This document shows positions 1 to 14,187 of a stretch of DNA of 64,000 bases, one piece after another; position 1 is the stretch's first letter, and the number at the start of each line of letters is the position of its first letter. The DNA is from Octopus vulgaris (Eukaryota): positions 96,534,001 to 96,598,000 of the forward strand of contig OX597824.1 in NCBI GenBank assembly GCA_951406725.2, in the 5' to 3' direction. Under the pieces are notes generated by a model. The model saw only the letters and a program-made list of their open reading frames with translations. It was not told the DNA's origin and made no database searches. The position numbers were made by a program, and so were the translations under genes.

Positions 1-641
1 TTATCAATTAATAGAGCACATCGCACCCTTGGTTTTATTTATAGTAAGTTGTTTATATATTCGTACAACTTCTATTTCTAGCCTTTCTTCTTCCTCCCCT
101 TTTTCCTCTCTCTATTTCTTCCTTTTCCTCTCTCTCTTGCTCTCTTGCTCCTGTGCTCTTTGTGCTTCCCTCTGTCCACTGTGTCTTCCTCTGCTCGCTA
201 CTTACACGTGATCCGTGGTCAGCCGTTTTTTATTTCTCTCTTCTTTTTTTCTTTTACACCGGCAGTTAAAGCAACCAGTCGTAATTTCTCTAGTTTCCCC
301 CTTCAACTTGTTTCCCTGTCTCTTGCCCTTCTGTTTCCAGTCCTTTAGGATTTCTCTCTGAGCGTCACCCACGCTTCGTCTTCACCTAGCTCAAAGTTTG
401 TCTATTTTCCGGACGCTCTTGCCAGTGTAACCAGAAGGGAATCAATATTATCGTTAAAGGCACGAAATTGCGTTTGAGTTTCTAGCCGATAACTGATAAA
501 GAGTTGGAGACCTTCAGCGTTTGTTTTCTGTTCGTCTGTGAATTTACTATATGTTTTCTAATTTGGTATTCTGTGTTTGTTTTTCGTTTGTGTATTTGCT
601 ATACGTTTTTAACCTATATATGCGTATATGTATATGCATAA

Positions 642-715
<74 letters not shown>

Positions 716-1574
716 CATACATATATATGTTATATATACATATACATGTTTACATATACATTCATACACACACACGCGCATACATTATTTTCAGTAAACA
801 AAAGAGATGAGCACACAATACTTAGTGTAGACCAATGGCTTTCCGATCTCTTGTAACTCAGACCTACCTTTCATCGAGTGGCATTTTACAAACGACTCTT
901 CCCTTCCCATGTTGTGCTAAAAAGAAATTGTGTTTTCGCTCAAACAAAAGCAAATGACCTCCGTTGGTTTATTGTATTCATGCCGGAACACGGATAACGC
1001 AGTCTTACTCATATGTTAATCTCGGCGAAGACTGTTTTTTTGTTTTTTAAATGCGCTGAAAATATTATCCCCGTACCTATTGTAAATACTGTTTTTTGAA
1101 GGAAAATTATGGCGGAAATTGAACACAGAACGTAAAGTATTTTTTCCGGCGTGCTAACCACTCTGCCAGCTCGCCGCCTTGCAAGCCTAGTATATTAAAG
1201 ATAACATTCTAAGATGATTTGGTACTCTTCTTTACCAATAATTAGCAGGAAGCAAGAACACAGAATAAGTGAAATTCTGTCCCAGTGACTTGGTGATAAT
1301 TAAATCTCTATCTTGATTAGACACTTGTCTCCCGTAAATAATATTCTAAGAAGATGTGTTACATATTCCTCTTTGGTGGTGGTCGAAAGAATTTCCGTTA
1401 GCCTAGACGATGAATATTTTCATCGGAGTCGATAAATTAAGTACCAGTTACGCACTGGGGTCGATATAATCGACTTAATACCTTTGTCCTTGTTTGTCCT
1501 CTCTATGTTTAGCCCCTTGTGGGCAATAAAGAAATAAGAAATGTCCGCATAGAGAAAGTACGTGTATGTCGAAG

Positions 1575-1625
<51 letters not shown>

Positions 1626-1660
1626 TCATACACAGACACACACACACACACACACGCACG

Positions 1661-1706
<46 letters not shown>

Positions 1707-2350
1707 AGTATTAACATCCACAATATTCTACCATTTATAATATTTCTGCGACCCAAACTAATATCGCCATCTTCTACCACATCGTCACTTTGTGCCACTG
1801 AAATGGCACGCTTTTATTTCTATTAAAAACCAGGCGAACGAAACTTAACAGCGTCTGGCCAAAAGAAGTTTGAATTCACAACTAACGAGTTGGCAGTTTC
1901 GTACCATTTCCAGCCGGAAGTCTCATAATTCAACAGAGTTCCTTGCATGACCTCTCCTAATCAGTGTTGGAAATTACTTCTCCAAGAACTCCTTCTTTGA
2001 TCCATAGTGTTTTTTTTTTCCAATTTAGGAATCCTTCAAAATATTACTTTTTGTTAAATTCTAGGTCAGCTCTGATTAATAAGACTTTGGATCAAAAGCA
2101 TTCTTTTTCGGGATATGTGTATCATAGACTACACTAGCAAATGTGATATTTTTTGCTTACGACGCTGGCTATTATTGATTTGAGGGATTTAGTTGCGATT
2201 TCTAGTAAACTAACAGACAACACAGAGGCTCCCCTTCGTTGGGTCACATACAGGATTCCATTGTCGCTTAAAATCATTCTTCATTAAGGAGATAACTACT
2301 GTAAGGCGCTCCAGCAGAGACCATCCTGTGTGGTTTTCTGACAAAATGTA

Positions 2351-3626
2351 CGAGGGACGTTCAATAAGTAATGCCCCTGACCAACTTGCAGTTGTTTGAT
2401 CTAGCTGAAACTTTGCATGTGCAATCATTTATATCTCTATAGATTAAGTGGCAAATTACAGCTCTGAACTAATTGTGGTTTCTGATTTACAGGTGTTTGA
2501 AGTGAGTCAAGTGTGAAATGGAGCCTGTTGAGTGTCGAGCAGTGATCCGGTTTTTGTATTTGAAAGGACGCACACCACGGGAGACCTTTGATGAAATGAA
2601 AGTAACTTAAGGTGATGATGCCCCATCATATGACCTTGTAAAACGCTGGCATCGTGAATTCAAACATGGTCGGAACTATGTGGAAACAGCTCCCAGATCT
2701 GGTGGGCCCCCTTCTGCCATTGATGAGGCATCTGTCCGTCAAGTTGAGGCTGCCATTTTGGAAGATCGACGCATAACAATTCGCCAAATAGCCCATGAGG
2801 TCAAGATTAGTACCGGGTCTGTGGAAACTATCATTCATGACCATTTGCATATGCAAAAGGTGTCTGCCAGATGGATTCCCAGGTTGCTCACACCTTTCCA
2901 GAAGCAAGAACGCGTCGAGTGCTCGAGGATGAAGTTGGAGATGTGCCAAGAAGATGAGTCAAAATTTTTCAAAAGACTGATTACACAGGATGAAATCTGG
3001 GTCCATCACTATGATCCAGAGACCAAAGCCCAGTCAATGCAGGGGAAGCACCGTGACTCACCTCCAAAGAAGGCTAGGGTCCAGCCCTCCGCTGGCAAGA
3101 TCATGCTCACAGTCTTCTGGGACCAGGACGGAGTATTGATGACAGATTTCCTGGCAAAGGGTAGCACAATTACAGGAGCCTATTATGCTTCATTTTTGAG
3201 GAAATTAAGAGAAGCTATCAAAATCAAGAGGCGGGACAAGATCAGCAAAGGCATCCTCCTCTTGCAGGACAACGCTCCGGTCCACAACTCGCGTGTCGCC
3301 AGATCAGAAGCACAGGCGTGCCCCCCATCCCCCCTACTCTTCTGACCTTGCACCCTCTGATTTTCACCTCTTCTCAGCCATGAAGTTGTTTTTGAAAGGA
3401 AAGCGTTTCCCAGGTGATGCAGCCTTGATTTCTGAAGTCACGTCGTGGTTGGAAGACCAAGCTGGGGTCTTCTACAAAAACGGTCTCCAGAGCTGCATCA
3501 AACGATGGGAGAAATGCGTAACTCTGGGTGGTTCCTATGTAAAAAAAGACTAATAACTGTGCCAAGTTTCGTTGCTCTACTGCTATGGGAAGTGGGTCAG
3601 GGGCATTACTTATTGAACGCCCCTCG
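2351..3626 (+). mobile_element. Full-length mariner DNA transposon (irritans/Hsmar2-like, D,D34D type), inactivated
   Basis: 32-bp TIRs: cgagggacgttcaataagtaatgcccctgacc (2351-2382) and ggtcaggggcattacttattgaacgcccctcg (3595-3626), with 1 mismatch. TA target duplication at 2349-2350 and 3627-3628. Length about 1.28 kb. Confidence 0.95.
2518..3553 (+). pseudogene. Mariner transposase pseudogene
   Basis: ATG at 2518 (MEPVECRAVIRFLYLKG...) and a premature TAA at 2608-2610. Motifs WIPRLL, TQDE, HHYDPETK and QDNAPVH follow. After a deletion/frameshift near 3318 come HPPYSSDLAPSDFHLF and RWEKCV..GGSYV. Confidence 0.93.
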
Positions 3627-3804
3627 TAAATCTAGGCATGGAAACTTGGCTACCATTTATAGTTGGTCAACCAAGCGCATCCATCCATCCATCCATCTAT
3701 CTATCTACATAACTGTCCGTCCGTACACCTGTTTCCCTGCCTGCCTGCCTGTCTGTCTATCTATCTGCCTACGTACCAGTCCGTCCGTCCGTCCGTCTCT
3801 CTGC

Positions 3805-3928
<124 letters not shown>

Positions 3929-4404
3929 TTGTCTGTATCTGTCTGTCTATCTATTTATCTATCTATCTATAACAGGACGTTTCATAATGTTGATCCGGGT
4001 TATTTTTACACAGAAAAGAGACAGGCTGGTCAAGGTCGAGATGTCTTTGGCCAAACTTCTGCCTCTTCAGGACTGGCCGGGGGCTAAAAACAATTACAAT
4101 AGCAAAAAAAAAAAAGAAACAACAAAAGCAAAAATGAATAAGAGGAGGCAGTCATTGCTTGTTGATATCATTTATTTTTAAATAGTCGTGTGAACAAAAA
4201 GAAATGGAAATAAAGACATAAATATATATATATATATAGAACGCATATATGTGCACATATATATACATGCATACATACATTTCCATACACATACATACAC
4301 ATTCACAGACCCACGCACTCGCACACACGTATACTTATTTATGTACCACGTGAAGGTATTCATGTACATAAGCATACACATACATACATGTGTGTGTGTA
4401 TGTG

Positions 4405-4441
<37 letters not shown>

Positions 4442-4532
4442 GTATATATATATATGTATGTGTATATATGTATATGTATATATATATACATATATATATA
4501 TTTATATATATACGCATATTTATATATATATT

Positions 4533-4568
<36 letters not shown>

Positions 4569-4596
4569 GCACATATATAAACTTGTATGTATGTCT

Positions 4597-4654
<58 letters not shown>

Positions 4655-4697
4655 AATATTACTCATATATCTAAATGTTTAGATATTTTATAAATAG

Positions 4698-4837
4698 CTA
4701 GGCATTCTGTCTTTACATTACAGGTATTAATTTTGCCCTTACATTTACCTCTAGTGAGGTAAGTTCTGTTGTATAGAGCTTACCCGAAGAGCCCTGTTAT
4801 GGCAAAACTAATAGTATGCTAAAGACGGAATTTCCAG
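4698..4837. mobile_element. Diverged inverted repeat carrying a degenerate hammerhead motif, next to (TA)n
   Basis: Arms attctgtcttta/taaagacggaat, tattaattttgcc/ggcaaaactaata and ggtaagttct/agagcttacc. The right arm reads AGCTTAC-CCGAAGA-GCC(ctgttat)GGC-AAAA-CTAATA-GTATGCT, which has hammerhead topology with a G12A change. Confidence 0.5.
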
Positions 4838-4946
4838 TTATTAACAATAATAAAAAAGCATTACTTGTGGTAATCTGCAAATTTACGTATTAACATTAAT
4901 TTCTTTTTTGACTAAAATTTCGATTCGTTCATATATATATATGTAT

Positions 4947-4995
<49 letters not shown>

Positions 4996-5041
4996 TGCAT
5001 GCATACTTATATACATACATACGTACAAATATTTCTTCGTG

Positions 5042-5253
5042 TTAGTCATAGGTGGTCCTGCGCCATGTGGCGCATTGGGCGTCAAGGCTTCTCCAACGTG
5101 GTCGGTCAGCCGCGGCCATTTCCGCCTCATTCCATGAAATGTCAATGGCTTTGAGGTCATCGAAGAAGGTGCGGCGCCAAATCGCTTTTGGCCGCCATTG
5201 CTTTCTTTCGCCCTGCGCTGGCTTCCACAGAATGACGGTTTTCGCATGCCGCG
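5042..5253 (-). mobile_element. 3' end of an RTE/RTEX-type LINE
   Basis: Minus-strand frame not listed in the ORF track: RHAKTVILWKPAQGERKQWRPKAIWRRTFFDDLKAIDISWNEAEMAAADRPRWRSLDAQCATWRRTTYD*. This matches the typical RTE C-terminus (W.P..G.R..GRP...W ... ADR..WR). Confidence 0.8.
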
Positions 5254-6122
5254 ACGATACATATTATATATATCCAAATGTTTATACGCACACAAATATA
5301 TACATCTACGACTATATATTTGTGTATATAGATGTATATATAAAATATATGTATATATATATATATATATCCATACAAACAAACACGTGCACATATATAC
5401 ACATATGCATTTGAAATTCTATGTATTTGATATACACACATACTTACAAATATACAAATATACTACCATACCCGGATACACACACACAAGCATACACACG
5501 CAGAGGCATACATACATACATATACACATATATATATTTATATATATGTATGTGCGTGTGTGTACATACATGGACTATTATATATAAATATTTATGTAAT
5601 TTTTTAAACAATACAAAGGTATTTTGTGAACCAGTGTGGTTATGTAAACTATAAAACAGCGTTCGTTGAGCTGGCTGGTTTGTGTTTTATTTCGGGGTGG
5701 GTAGCGGGTAGGCTCGGGGTAGGGCAGAAGAGGGGAAGGGCACGGTGCCAGCTCCAAACATTGTCAAGAATTTCAGAGGATAGTTCCTCTCGTCAGAATC
5801 TCATTCTTATACATCAGTGCATGCACTTCATAGACGCTAATTGTTATGGGTGCACAATATTTCTACATTCGTTTGCGTACACATATTACATCCGCACCAT
5901 GTGGATATACATACGCACACATGCATGTATGTATACTTATACATACGTTCGTACATACACACACACACACACATATGGATATATGTATGGATGTACATAC
6001 GTATGTGTATATTTGTAGAGAAGGGTTGATGAAACATTCAAGCATTACAGAGAGCTTCACACGCATAAAACAAGTGTGATCTGTCAAAATACTTTTCACG
6101 CAGTATATACATATAGATACAT

Positions 6123-6158
<36 letters not shown>

Positions 6159-6171
6159 GCATATATATATA

Positions 6172-6208
<37 letters not shown>

Positions 6209-6217
6209 TCATATATA

Positions 6218-6321
<104 letters not shown>

Positions 6322-6553
6322 TACACACATGTTTTTACTAATTTGAACGTATCTGATATTATTTAAGATTCCATATACATGAATCGGTGGGTTTATACTC
6401 ACGCTCAGCAACACTCAAACAGACACAGATGAGTAGATACACACAGACACACACCCTCTCTCCCTCTTGCTCTCTATTTCAGACACACAGACACACAGGC
6501 ACGCGCCCCACACATTTAACTAGTATTACATCTTCCGTCTTTCATTTGGCATA

Positions 6554-6607
<54 letters not shown>

Positions 6608-6741
6608 TTTTATATATATATATTGTATTTTGTGAAATTTGATTTAGTATTTCTAAATGGAATTTTTCCCTGTAAGTTTGGAATAATATTCCCTCATATT
6701 ATATATATATACACATACACACATACATATACATATATATA

Positions 6742-6910
6742 ATTGAAAACAGTTTGAGCCGGTTCCTTGTCATTTTAAGTTTCGCAGATCCCGTACGGAA
6801 GCTCAACTCCTTCAGGCTTCTGCAATGACCGAAGCGTCAAGGAGTTGGGCTCCCGTTAAGGGGCCTACAGAACTTGAAGTAACACGGAACCGAATTAAAT
6901 TATTTTGAAT
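6742..6910. mobile_element. Long imperfect hairpin insert between (TA)n tracts, probably a decayed head-to-head hammerhead pair
   Basis: Arms ccggttccttgtca/taacacggaaccg, gctcaactcctt/aaggagttgggc and gcttc/gaagc. The minus arm has CTGAAGGA...GCGAAAC. The plus arm has the stem GGGCTCCC..GGGGCCT followed by GAACTTGAAGTA. Confidence 0.45.
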
Positions 6911-6982
6911 AATACATACAACTCCTACTAAATGTGTTGAGTGCCCTTATCTTTCACTTGTCCACTCACTCGTGTGTTTCTT

Positions 6983-7082
<100 letters not shown>

Positions 7083-7449
7083 CACTCACAAAAACGTGTT
7101 TATAAGCACATAAGTACCCTTATTGACATTGCCACGTATGTCTTCGTCCTTATTATTTGAGTATTGTATACAATAGGCTTATTAATATAGATACAAACGT
7201 GTGTATGCATATGTATATGTATGCTTGTATAAAGACTACCGTTAGAGCTAATATGCTTAAGTTATACACTACGCACACATATACACACACTTATACACGC
7301 TCAAACCCAAACTTTCACACATGCGCGTGCGCAAACACTTACTCGCATTCATTGTCTTTCAGATTAAAGAATTATATTTCAAAGTTGATACACATTTCTC
7401 GTTTCTTTTTACATAGCATCATCATCATCATCACCATCATCAGCATACA

Positions 7450-7482
<33 letters not shown>

Positions 7483-7521
7483 ATATTATCATCAAATTCG
7501 CTGTCTCAACATCGTTGATAA

Positions 7522-7597
<76 letters not shown>

Positions 7598-7925
7598 AGT
7601 ATATATGTGTATATATATATATATCTTGGGATATTCGTTGAGAAAACATACATTCATATGGGACTTTACCTCACCCCGCTCACCAAATAAAATAGGGTTT
7701 TCTCAGGGGTGAGGACGGTGGGATGTTTAATTCATATAACGAGGACCCTTTTACTAGGAAGGGTTTGTGAAGTAAAATATTACACGAATAATCATTTCAG
7801 TGAAATAGTTAAAAAAATGTGGACAAATTTTTTAATAGAGACAAATAGACATATATCTAAACATATACACAGAGAATTCGGTAGCCAGAAAGATTGACAG
7901 ATATAGATATTTCGGTAGTTGCACA

Positions 7926-7956
<31 letters not shown>

Positions 7957-8166
7957 GCATGTATGTGTAAAAGAGAAATAGACAGAGATGGCTCATTAGA
8001 TTACTAGAAATTTGGACTGGCCAATGCAACAAATAGATAGATTGAGAGATAGATGGATATGAAGAAAGAAAGATAGACGGATGGATATAACGATAGATGG
8101 AGAGATAGAACAGCTCACATCCATAAACATATACACGCACATACGCACACATGTACACACATGCGA

Positions 8167-8197
<31 letters not shown>

Positions 8198-8310
8198 GTT
8201 TGTCTGTCTGTCTGTCTTACTCTCTATTAGTCTATCACTCATTCTACTGATGTATGTAATGTGTGTGTGTTTGTGTGCGTGTTGTGTGTGTATATCTATA
8301 TATAAAAGCC

Positions 8311-8341
<31 letters not shown>

Positions 8342-8437
8342 GGGAAAGGAAGAGAGATAGAGAGAGCGAAGGAGAAAGAGAGAGTGTAAAATAGTGATGT
8401 CAATAAATAGACAGATAGATAGATGGATAGAGAGAAG

Positions 8438-8501
<64 letters not shown>

Positions 8502-8669
8502 TAGATAGTTGATTGGTGGTGGCTGGAGGGAGGGGCTGAGACAGAACGATATATAGGCCGACCAAGTAGGAGATGTAATAAATCGTGACTCTTAGACTGA
8601 GTAGATTTCCGTCGGATACAGCAACACACACACACAAGCATACGCACATTCACAAAATATATAGGTATA

Positions 8670-8748
<79 letters not shown>

Positions 8749-9209
8749 TATATATGTATGTATGTATATATATATATATATATATAAATAAATGTAGTTG
8801 TGTGTGTGTGTGTCAATTCGTGATTGCATATATGCGTGCGTGTGTGAAAGAAAGCGCTGAAAACAAGGAACATAGAAGCGGAAGAGGGAGAAAGAGAATG
8901 GGGTGGAGGAGGAAGAGGAGGAGGTGGAGAAGAAGAAGAAGAAGAAGAAGAAGAAGAAGAAGAAGAAGAAGAAGAAAGAGAAGAAGAAGAAGAAGAAGAA
9001 GAAGAAGAAGAAGAAGAAGAAGAAGAAGAAGAAGAAGAAGAAGAATTAATTAAAACAATGAAACAACGAAGGAACGAAGGAACGACGCGAAAATTCGCAG
9101 GAAAAACAAACAAAAGTTAAAAATAAAAACAACTAAAAGACAGTATAAAAGTCACCAAAAACAAAATGGTTCGTCCACCAGGTGACCTGACGCTCAGCAC
9201 GTGATCATC

Positions 9210-9471
9210 TCACACCGGTGGCACGGAATGGTGGAGGTGGTGCGCCTCAATGGGCGGCGGCGGTGCACAGAGCGGGAACTGATGATGATGGTGGTGGTGG
9301 TGGTGGATGGGTTCGTTTTTGATGAGGGGCAGACTGAGATTGGCCCTCATGTCATCCAAAGCTTTGGAAGGAATGCCTAGGTCTCGAACGAAGTTGTGGT
9401 GCAGCATGTTCTGATGGGAGCCACACATGACTGACATGTTCTGTTTCATGTTTTCGTCGCCGACGTCAGAA
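9210..9471 (-). CDS. Probable terminal coding exon of an unidentified host gene (His/Pro-rich C-terminus, likely a transcription factor)
   Basis: GC-rich, non-repetitive island. On the minus strand it has a strong acceptor (ttttatctttttacag|TTCTGAC, AG at 9473-9472). It reads (S)[86 protein letters not shown] to TGA at 9212-9210. It contains a poly-His run and a psi-K-x-E SUMO-type motif (IKNE). The entry phase is 2. Confidence 0.8.
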
Positions 9472-9571
9472 CTGTAAAAAGATAAAAACAAAAAGATATA
9501 TATAATAACATAAAATATATACATATAAAGGTTGAATGACGTAAACATTAGCTATGAATATAAATAAATAA

Positions 9572-9618
<47 letters not shown>

Positions 9619-9788
9619 CATATGTATGTATGCATGCATGTATGTATGTATGTATGTATGTGTGTATGTATGTGTGTATGTATGTATGTATGTATGTGTG
9701 TATGTGTGTATGTATGTATGCATGTATGTGTGTGTATGTATGTATGTATGTATGTTTGTATGTATGTATGTATGTGTGTGTGTGTATG

Positions 9789-9822
<34 letters not shown>

Positions 9823-9854
9823 TGTATGTATGTATATACATATATCTGTGTCAG

Positions 9855-10400
9855 GTCACTTTCGAGTGCTACTGGTAACATGTAACCCAGTACAACCTGT
9901 TGCATGGTCGGGTCGTCGTCGACTAAACCGGCAACCCCACCAAGCTTGCTTGGCGAGGAGGGTGTTTATTGGACACCCTGCGAGATGAAAAACAAAACCC
10001 GTCAAAGGGTGAAGGAACTCTTGAGAGTCAATGGACATCCAATAAATGTCTTAAGGCTGTATCATGCGCAGGGACATAGAAATAATCGGACTGAATACCC
10101 GATCGCGCGGTTAAACCATTGAGAGTGAAGGACTCCTAGCCTTTGTTAGGGCATCCTTCTAGGAGAAGGTAACTCAGGTAACTGGGATAACTCCGACATA
10201 AAACCTGCGGCTCAGTGGTTACCGATTATGTTGACTTGTTCTTCTTTTCGGATTATGGCTGCTGTTGCTTAGTGAGTGGGATTGACTCAGTGCACAGCCT
10301 TTCCTCACTTTAAAAAAATCTTGCACAGGCATTGCACGATAACAACATTGATTAAGCTTCGTGCAACGGCCATACTCGATAACGAGGGGGCAGCCACCAT
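9855..10400 (+). mobile_element. Probable non-autonomous RTE-derived retroelement with (TACA)n tail
   Basis: Non-coding, GC-richer insert with an RTE 5'UTR-like motif (gcatccttctaggagaaggtaactc). It ends ...aaaaaaatcttgcacagg...gggggcagccacc directly into (TACA)n. Confidence 0.45.
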
Positions 10401-10434
10401 ATACATACATACATACATACATACATACATACAT

Positions 10435-10491
<57 letters not shown>

Positions 10492-11185
10492 AGCATATTA
10501 TGTATATATGTATGTGCGTACGTACGAATGTATGTATGCTTTTGTGCCCATACGTTTGTTTATATGTATGGCCGTATGAGTGCATGTATGCATGCATGCA
10601 TGACCGAAACGTGCTGTTGGCAGCAACAGTGGGAGCTATTGTAAATGTCAAAGTGTCGAGTGTGGACACCGTCCATGCGGAACAAACGACTGGTTTTGGT
10701 AGAATGGACACCGACAAAGCTTGTAATCGTAGTCACAAGATAAAAACTTCGTCTTCAACCATGTAAAAGCGAAACTAACATGAAGCAAGAAGCAAATAGC
10801 ATCGTCTTCGGCATCCCGCCTCGCCTCACCTCCTCTCCTCTTCCTTATCCCCCCCTCTTATTGATCAATGAGATAAAACAAACTATAACAACCCTGTTTC
10901 TCTAGATTCTCACTTTCGGTAATCTCCGCTACTTTCCGTCCGTCGTATTTTCCCCGTTGCTTCACGTCATTCGCTTGTCATTAAGTAATTTTCCTTTCTA
11001 CAGTTTTACGAACCTTCCGTAGATCACAATATACACGAGCGTACACATACACGCACACACATACACACATATACATACACACATATACATACATACATAC
11101 ATACATACATAGATTTATGGGTGTGTGGTAAGAATTTGCTTCACAACCTCATGGTTCCGGGTTCAATTCTACTGTGTGACGCCTC

Positions 11186-11226
<41 letters not shown>

Positions 11227-11303
11227 TGTATGTATGTGTGTGTATATATATATATATATGTATATATGTGCATATATATATGTATACACACACACACATA
11301 ATG

Positions 11304-12092
11304 CAGGGTGCGATGGGTAAATTGTCGTCATTTTATAATGTTTAATCCGCGCCTGCGCATTGTTTGCTTTTGATTTCGTCGACTACACTGCGTAGTAGGG
11401 TCAGTTGGGCATCGACTGTGAGAAAACCAGCACCATGATACAATTTTCTCTGCCAGAAATTGGAAATGACATGCTGTACTGCTTGGCATTTGTATTGGAA
11501 GCTCTAATACGAGCATTTCAGAGCGTTTGGGTGTCAATCTGAGGACATGTATTGAGAGTGATGCAAATCAAACATCCAGTCAACATTAAGGTGCTTGGAG
11601 TGATCACTAGTGATGGCGACGTTACGCCTCCATTTATCTTCCCACATGGTCTCAGACTTAATAGGGAGGCCTACATCACGTGCCTGGAGGAGGTAGTGTT
11701 ACCCTGGGTCAACAGGGTGGCTGCTGGGGTACCCTATGTCTGGCAACAGGACTCTGTACCTTGCCACGCAAGCAAGAGAACCCAGTCATGGCTGTCAGAC
11801 AATTTCTGCGACCACACCACCCCTAACATCTGGTCACCTAACTCCCCAGACTGCAACCCTCTTGATTATTATGCGTGGGGCGCAGTTGAGCGAGAAACCA
11901 ACAAAACTCCTTGTAAAACCAAAAATGAACTGAAGGCAAGGATTATGGCAGCATTGACCAACTTAACCAAGGAGACCGTCCAGAAAAGTTGCAGGAGATT
12001 CCGAAGTCGTCTGGAGTCCGTGGTTGAAGTCAATGACAATTTTATTGAATAAATTTACTCTTTAGTATTTCAAGATATTTTTATGTAATTTT
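11304..12092 (+). mobile_element. Internally deleted maT (DD37D) Tc1/mariner-superfamily transposon
   Basis: Starts with cagggtg, a TIR-like end. ORF 11552-12052 has YVWQQDSVPCH...WSPNSPDCNPLDYYAWG, with exactly 37 residues between the second and third catalytic Asp. The N-terminal part and first Asp are missing, and the 3' end is cut by a SINE. Confidence 0.85.
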
Positions 12093-12510
12093 GGCGTAGG
12101 AGTGGCTGTGTGGTAAGTTGCTTGCTTACGAACCACATGGTTCCGGGTTCAGTCCCACTGCGTGCCACCCTGGGCGAATGTCTTCTACTATAGCCTCGGG
12201 CCGACCAATGCCTTGGGAGTGGATTTGGTAGACGGAAACTGAAAGAAGCCCGTCGTATATATGTATTTTTTATATAGGTATGTATGTGTGTGTATATTTT
12301 TGTGTGTCTGTGTTTGTGCTCCCAAAATCGCTTGACAATCGATGGTGGTGTGTTTACGTCCCCGTAACTTAGCGGTTCGGCAAAAGACACCGATAGAATA
12401 AGTACTAGGCTTACAAAGAATAAGTCCTGGGGCCGATTTGCTCGACTAAAGGCGGTGCTCCAGCATGGCTGCAGTCAAATGACTGAAACAAGTAAAAGAG
12501 TAAAAGCGAA
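12093..12510 (+). mobile_element. tRNA-derived SINE family A, near full length
   Basis: Head ggcgtaggagtggctgtgtggtaag...ggttcagtccc with A/B-box-like motifs, an internal (TA/TG)n tract and the tail gcagtcaaatgactgaaacaagtaaaagagtaaaag. More than 10 related copies occur in the window. Confidence 0.85.
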
Positions 12511-12518
12511 AATATACA

Positions 12519-12577
<59 letters not shown>

Positions 12578-13542
12578 GTATGTGTGTGTATGTGTGTATC
12601 TTTTATATTCGCGTAATGTATGCCTATGTTTTGGTGTGTGCGCGCGCTTGTATGTTGTGAACTGTAGTTCCGGACCACGTGACTACAACCCTGAACGAAA
12701 TTAAACAACTTAATCCTATTCCTATTTAACGCTAGAGCGAAGGAGGTTGTCCCCTTCAATACGGAAACAAACGACAATTGAGCCTTAAATATAAACAGCC
12801 TAAGGGGTTAGAGCAGAAGGGGAGGGGAGAGTCAGTCATGTGGAACTGTCTAACATACGGACTTGCTCATGTGAACCCAATTGTAATATCGTTTAGTAAT
12901 ACAATGATTCCTTAGTTTCATAGACACGCAAACACACGCACACATACACATGCATTGACAAACAGACACACAGACGCAGACAGGCGGACAGGCACACGCA
13001 CGCACACACACGAGCGCGCGTACACACACACGCACACGCATAGCCACTGCAATACGCTCATACACACGGGTATACACACACAAGCGCACAAGAAGACATA
13101 CATGGCACATTTGGGCAAGGAACGGGAACATTTACACACATACAGACATACACACAAGCACACGTAGGAGTGGCTGTGTGGCAACTTACGAACCACATGG
13201 TTCCGGGTTCAGTCCCACTGCGTGCCACCCACATGTCTTCTACTATCTCGGGCCGACCAACTTGGGAGTGGATTTGGTAGACGGAAACTGAAAGAAGCCC
13301 GTCGTATATATGTATTTTTTATATAGGTATGTATGTGTGTGTATATTTTTGTGTGTCTGTGTTTGTGCTCCCAAAATCGCTTGACAATCGATGGTGGTGT
13401 GTTTACGTCCCCGTAACAGCGGTTCGGCACACCGATAGAATAAGTACTATTACAAAGAATAAGATTTGCTTAAAGGCGGTGCTCCAGCATGGCTGCAGTC
13501 AAATGACTGAAACAAGTAAAAGAGTAAAAGCGAAAATATACA

Positions 13543-13601
<59 letters not shown>

Positions 13602-14187
13602 GTATGTGTGTGTATGTGTGTATCTTTTATATTCGCGTAATGTATGCCTATGTTTTGGTGTGTGCGCGCGCTTGTATGTTGTGAACTGTAGTTCCGGACC
13701 ACGTGACTACAACCCTGAACGAAATTAAACAACTTAATCCTATTCCTATTTAACGCTAGAGCGAAGGAGGTTGTCCCCTTCAATACGGAAACAAACGACA
13801 ATTGAGCCTTAAATATAAACAGCCTAAGGGGTTAGAGCAGAAGGGGAGGGGAGAGTCAGTCATGTGGAACTGTCTAACATACGGACTTGCTCATGTGAAC
13901 CCAATTGTAATATCGTTTAGTAATACAATGATTCCTTAGTTTCATAGACACGCAAACACACGCACACATACACATGCATTGACAAACAGACACACAGACG
14001 CAGACAGGCGGACAGGCACACGCACGCACACACACGAGCGCGCGTACACACACACACACACGCATAGCCACTGCAATACGCTCATACACACGGGTATACA
14101 CACACAAGCGCACAAGAAGACATACATGGCACATTTGGGCAAGGAACGGGAACATTTACACACATACAGACATACACACAAGCACAC
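12096..14187 (+). repeat. About 1.05-kb tandem duplication (SINE A plus unique flank)
   Basis: 12481-13163 recurs almost identically at offset +1024. The second SINE copy (13163-13535) carries many small deletions. Confidence 0.9.

Noticed and set aside
9472-9548. N-terminal part of the listed 112-aa ORF (MFTSFNLY...)
   Set aside because: This is the AT-rich polypyrimidine and branch region upstream of a strong acceptor, so it is intronic.
9900-10060. Possible HDV-like ribozyme at the 5' end of the RTE-like element
   Set aside because: Local hairpins are present, but I could not assemble the nested double pseudoknot by eye.
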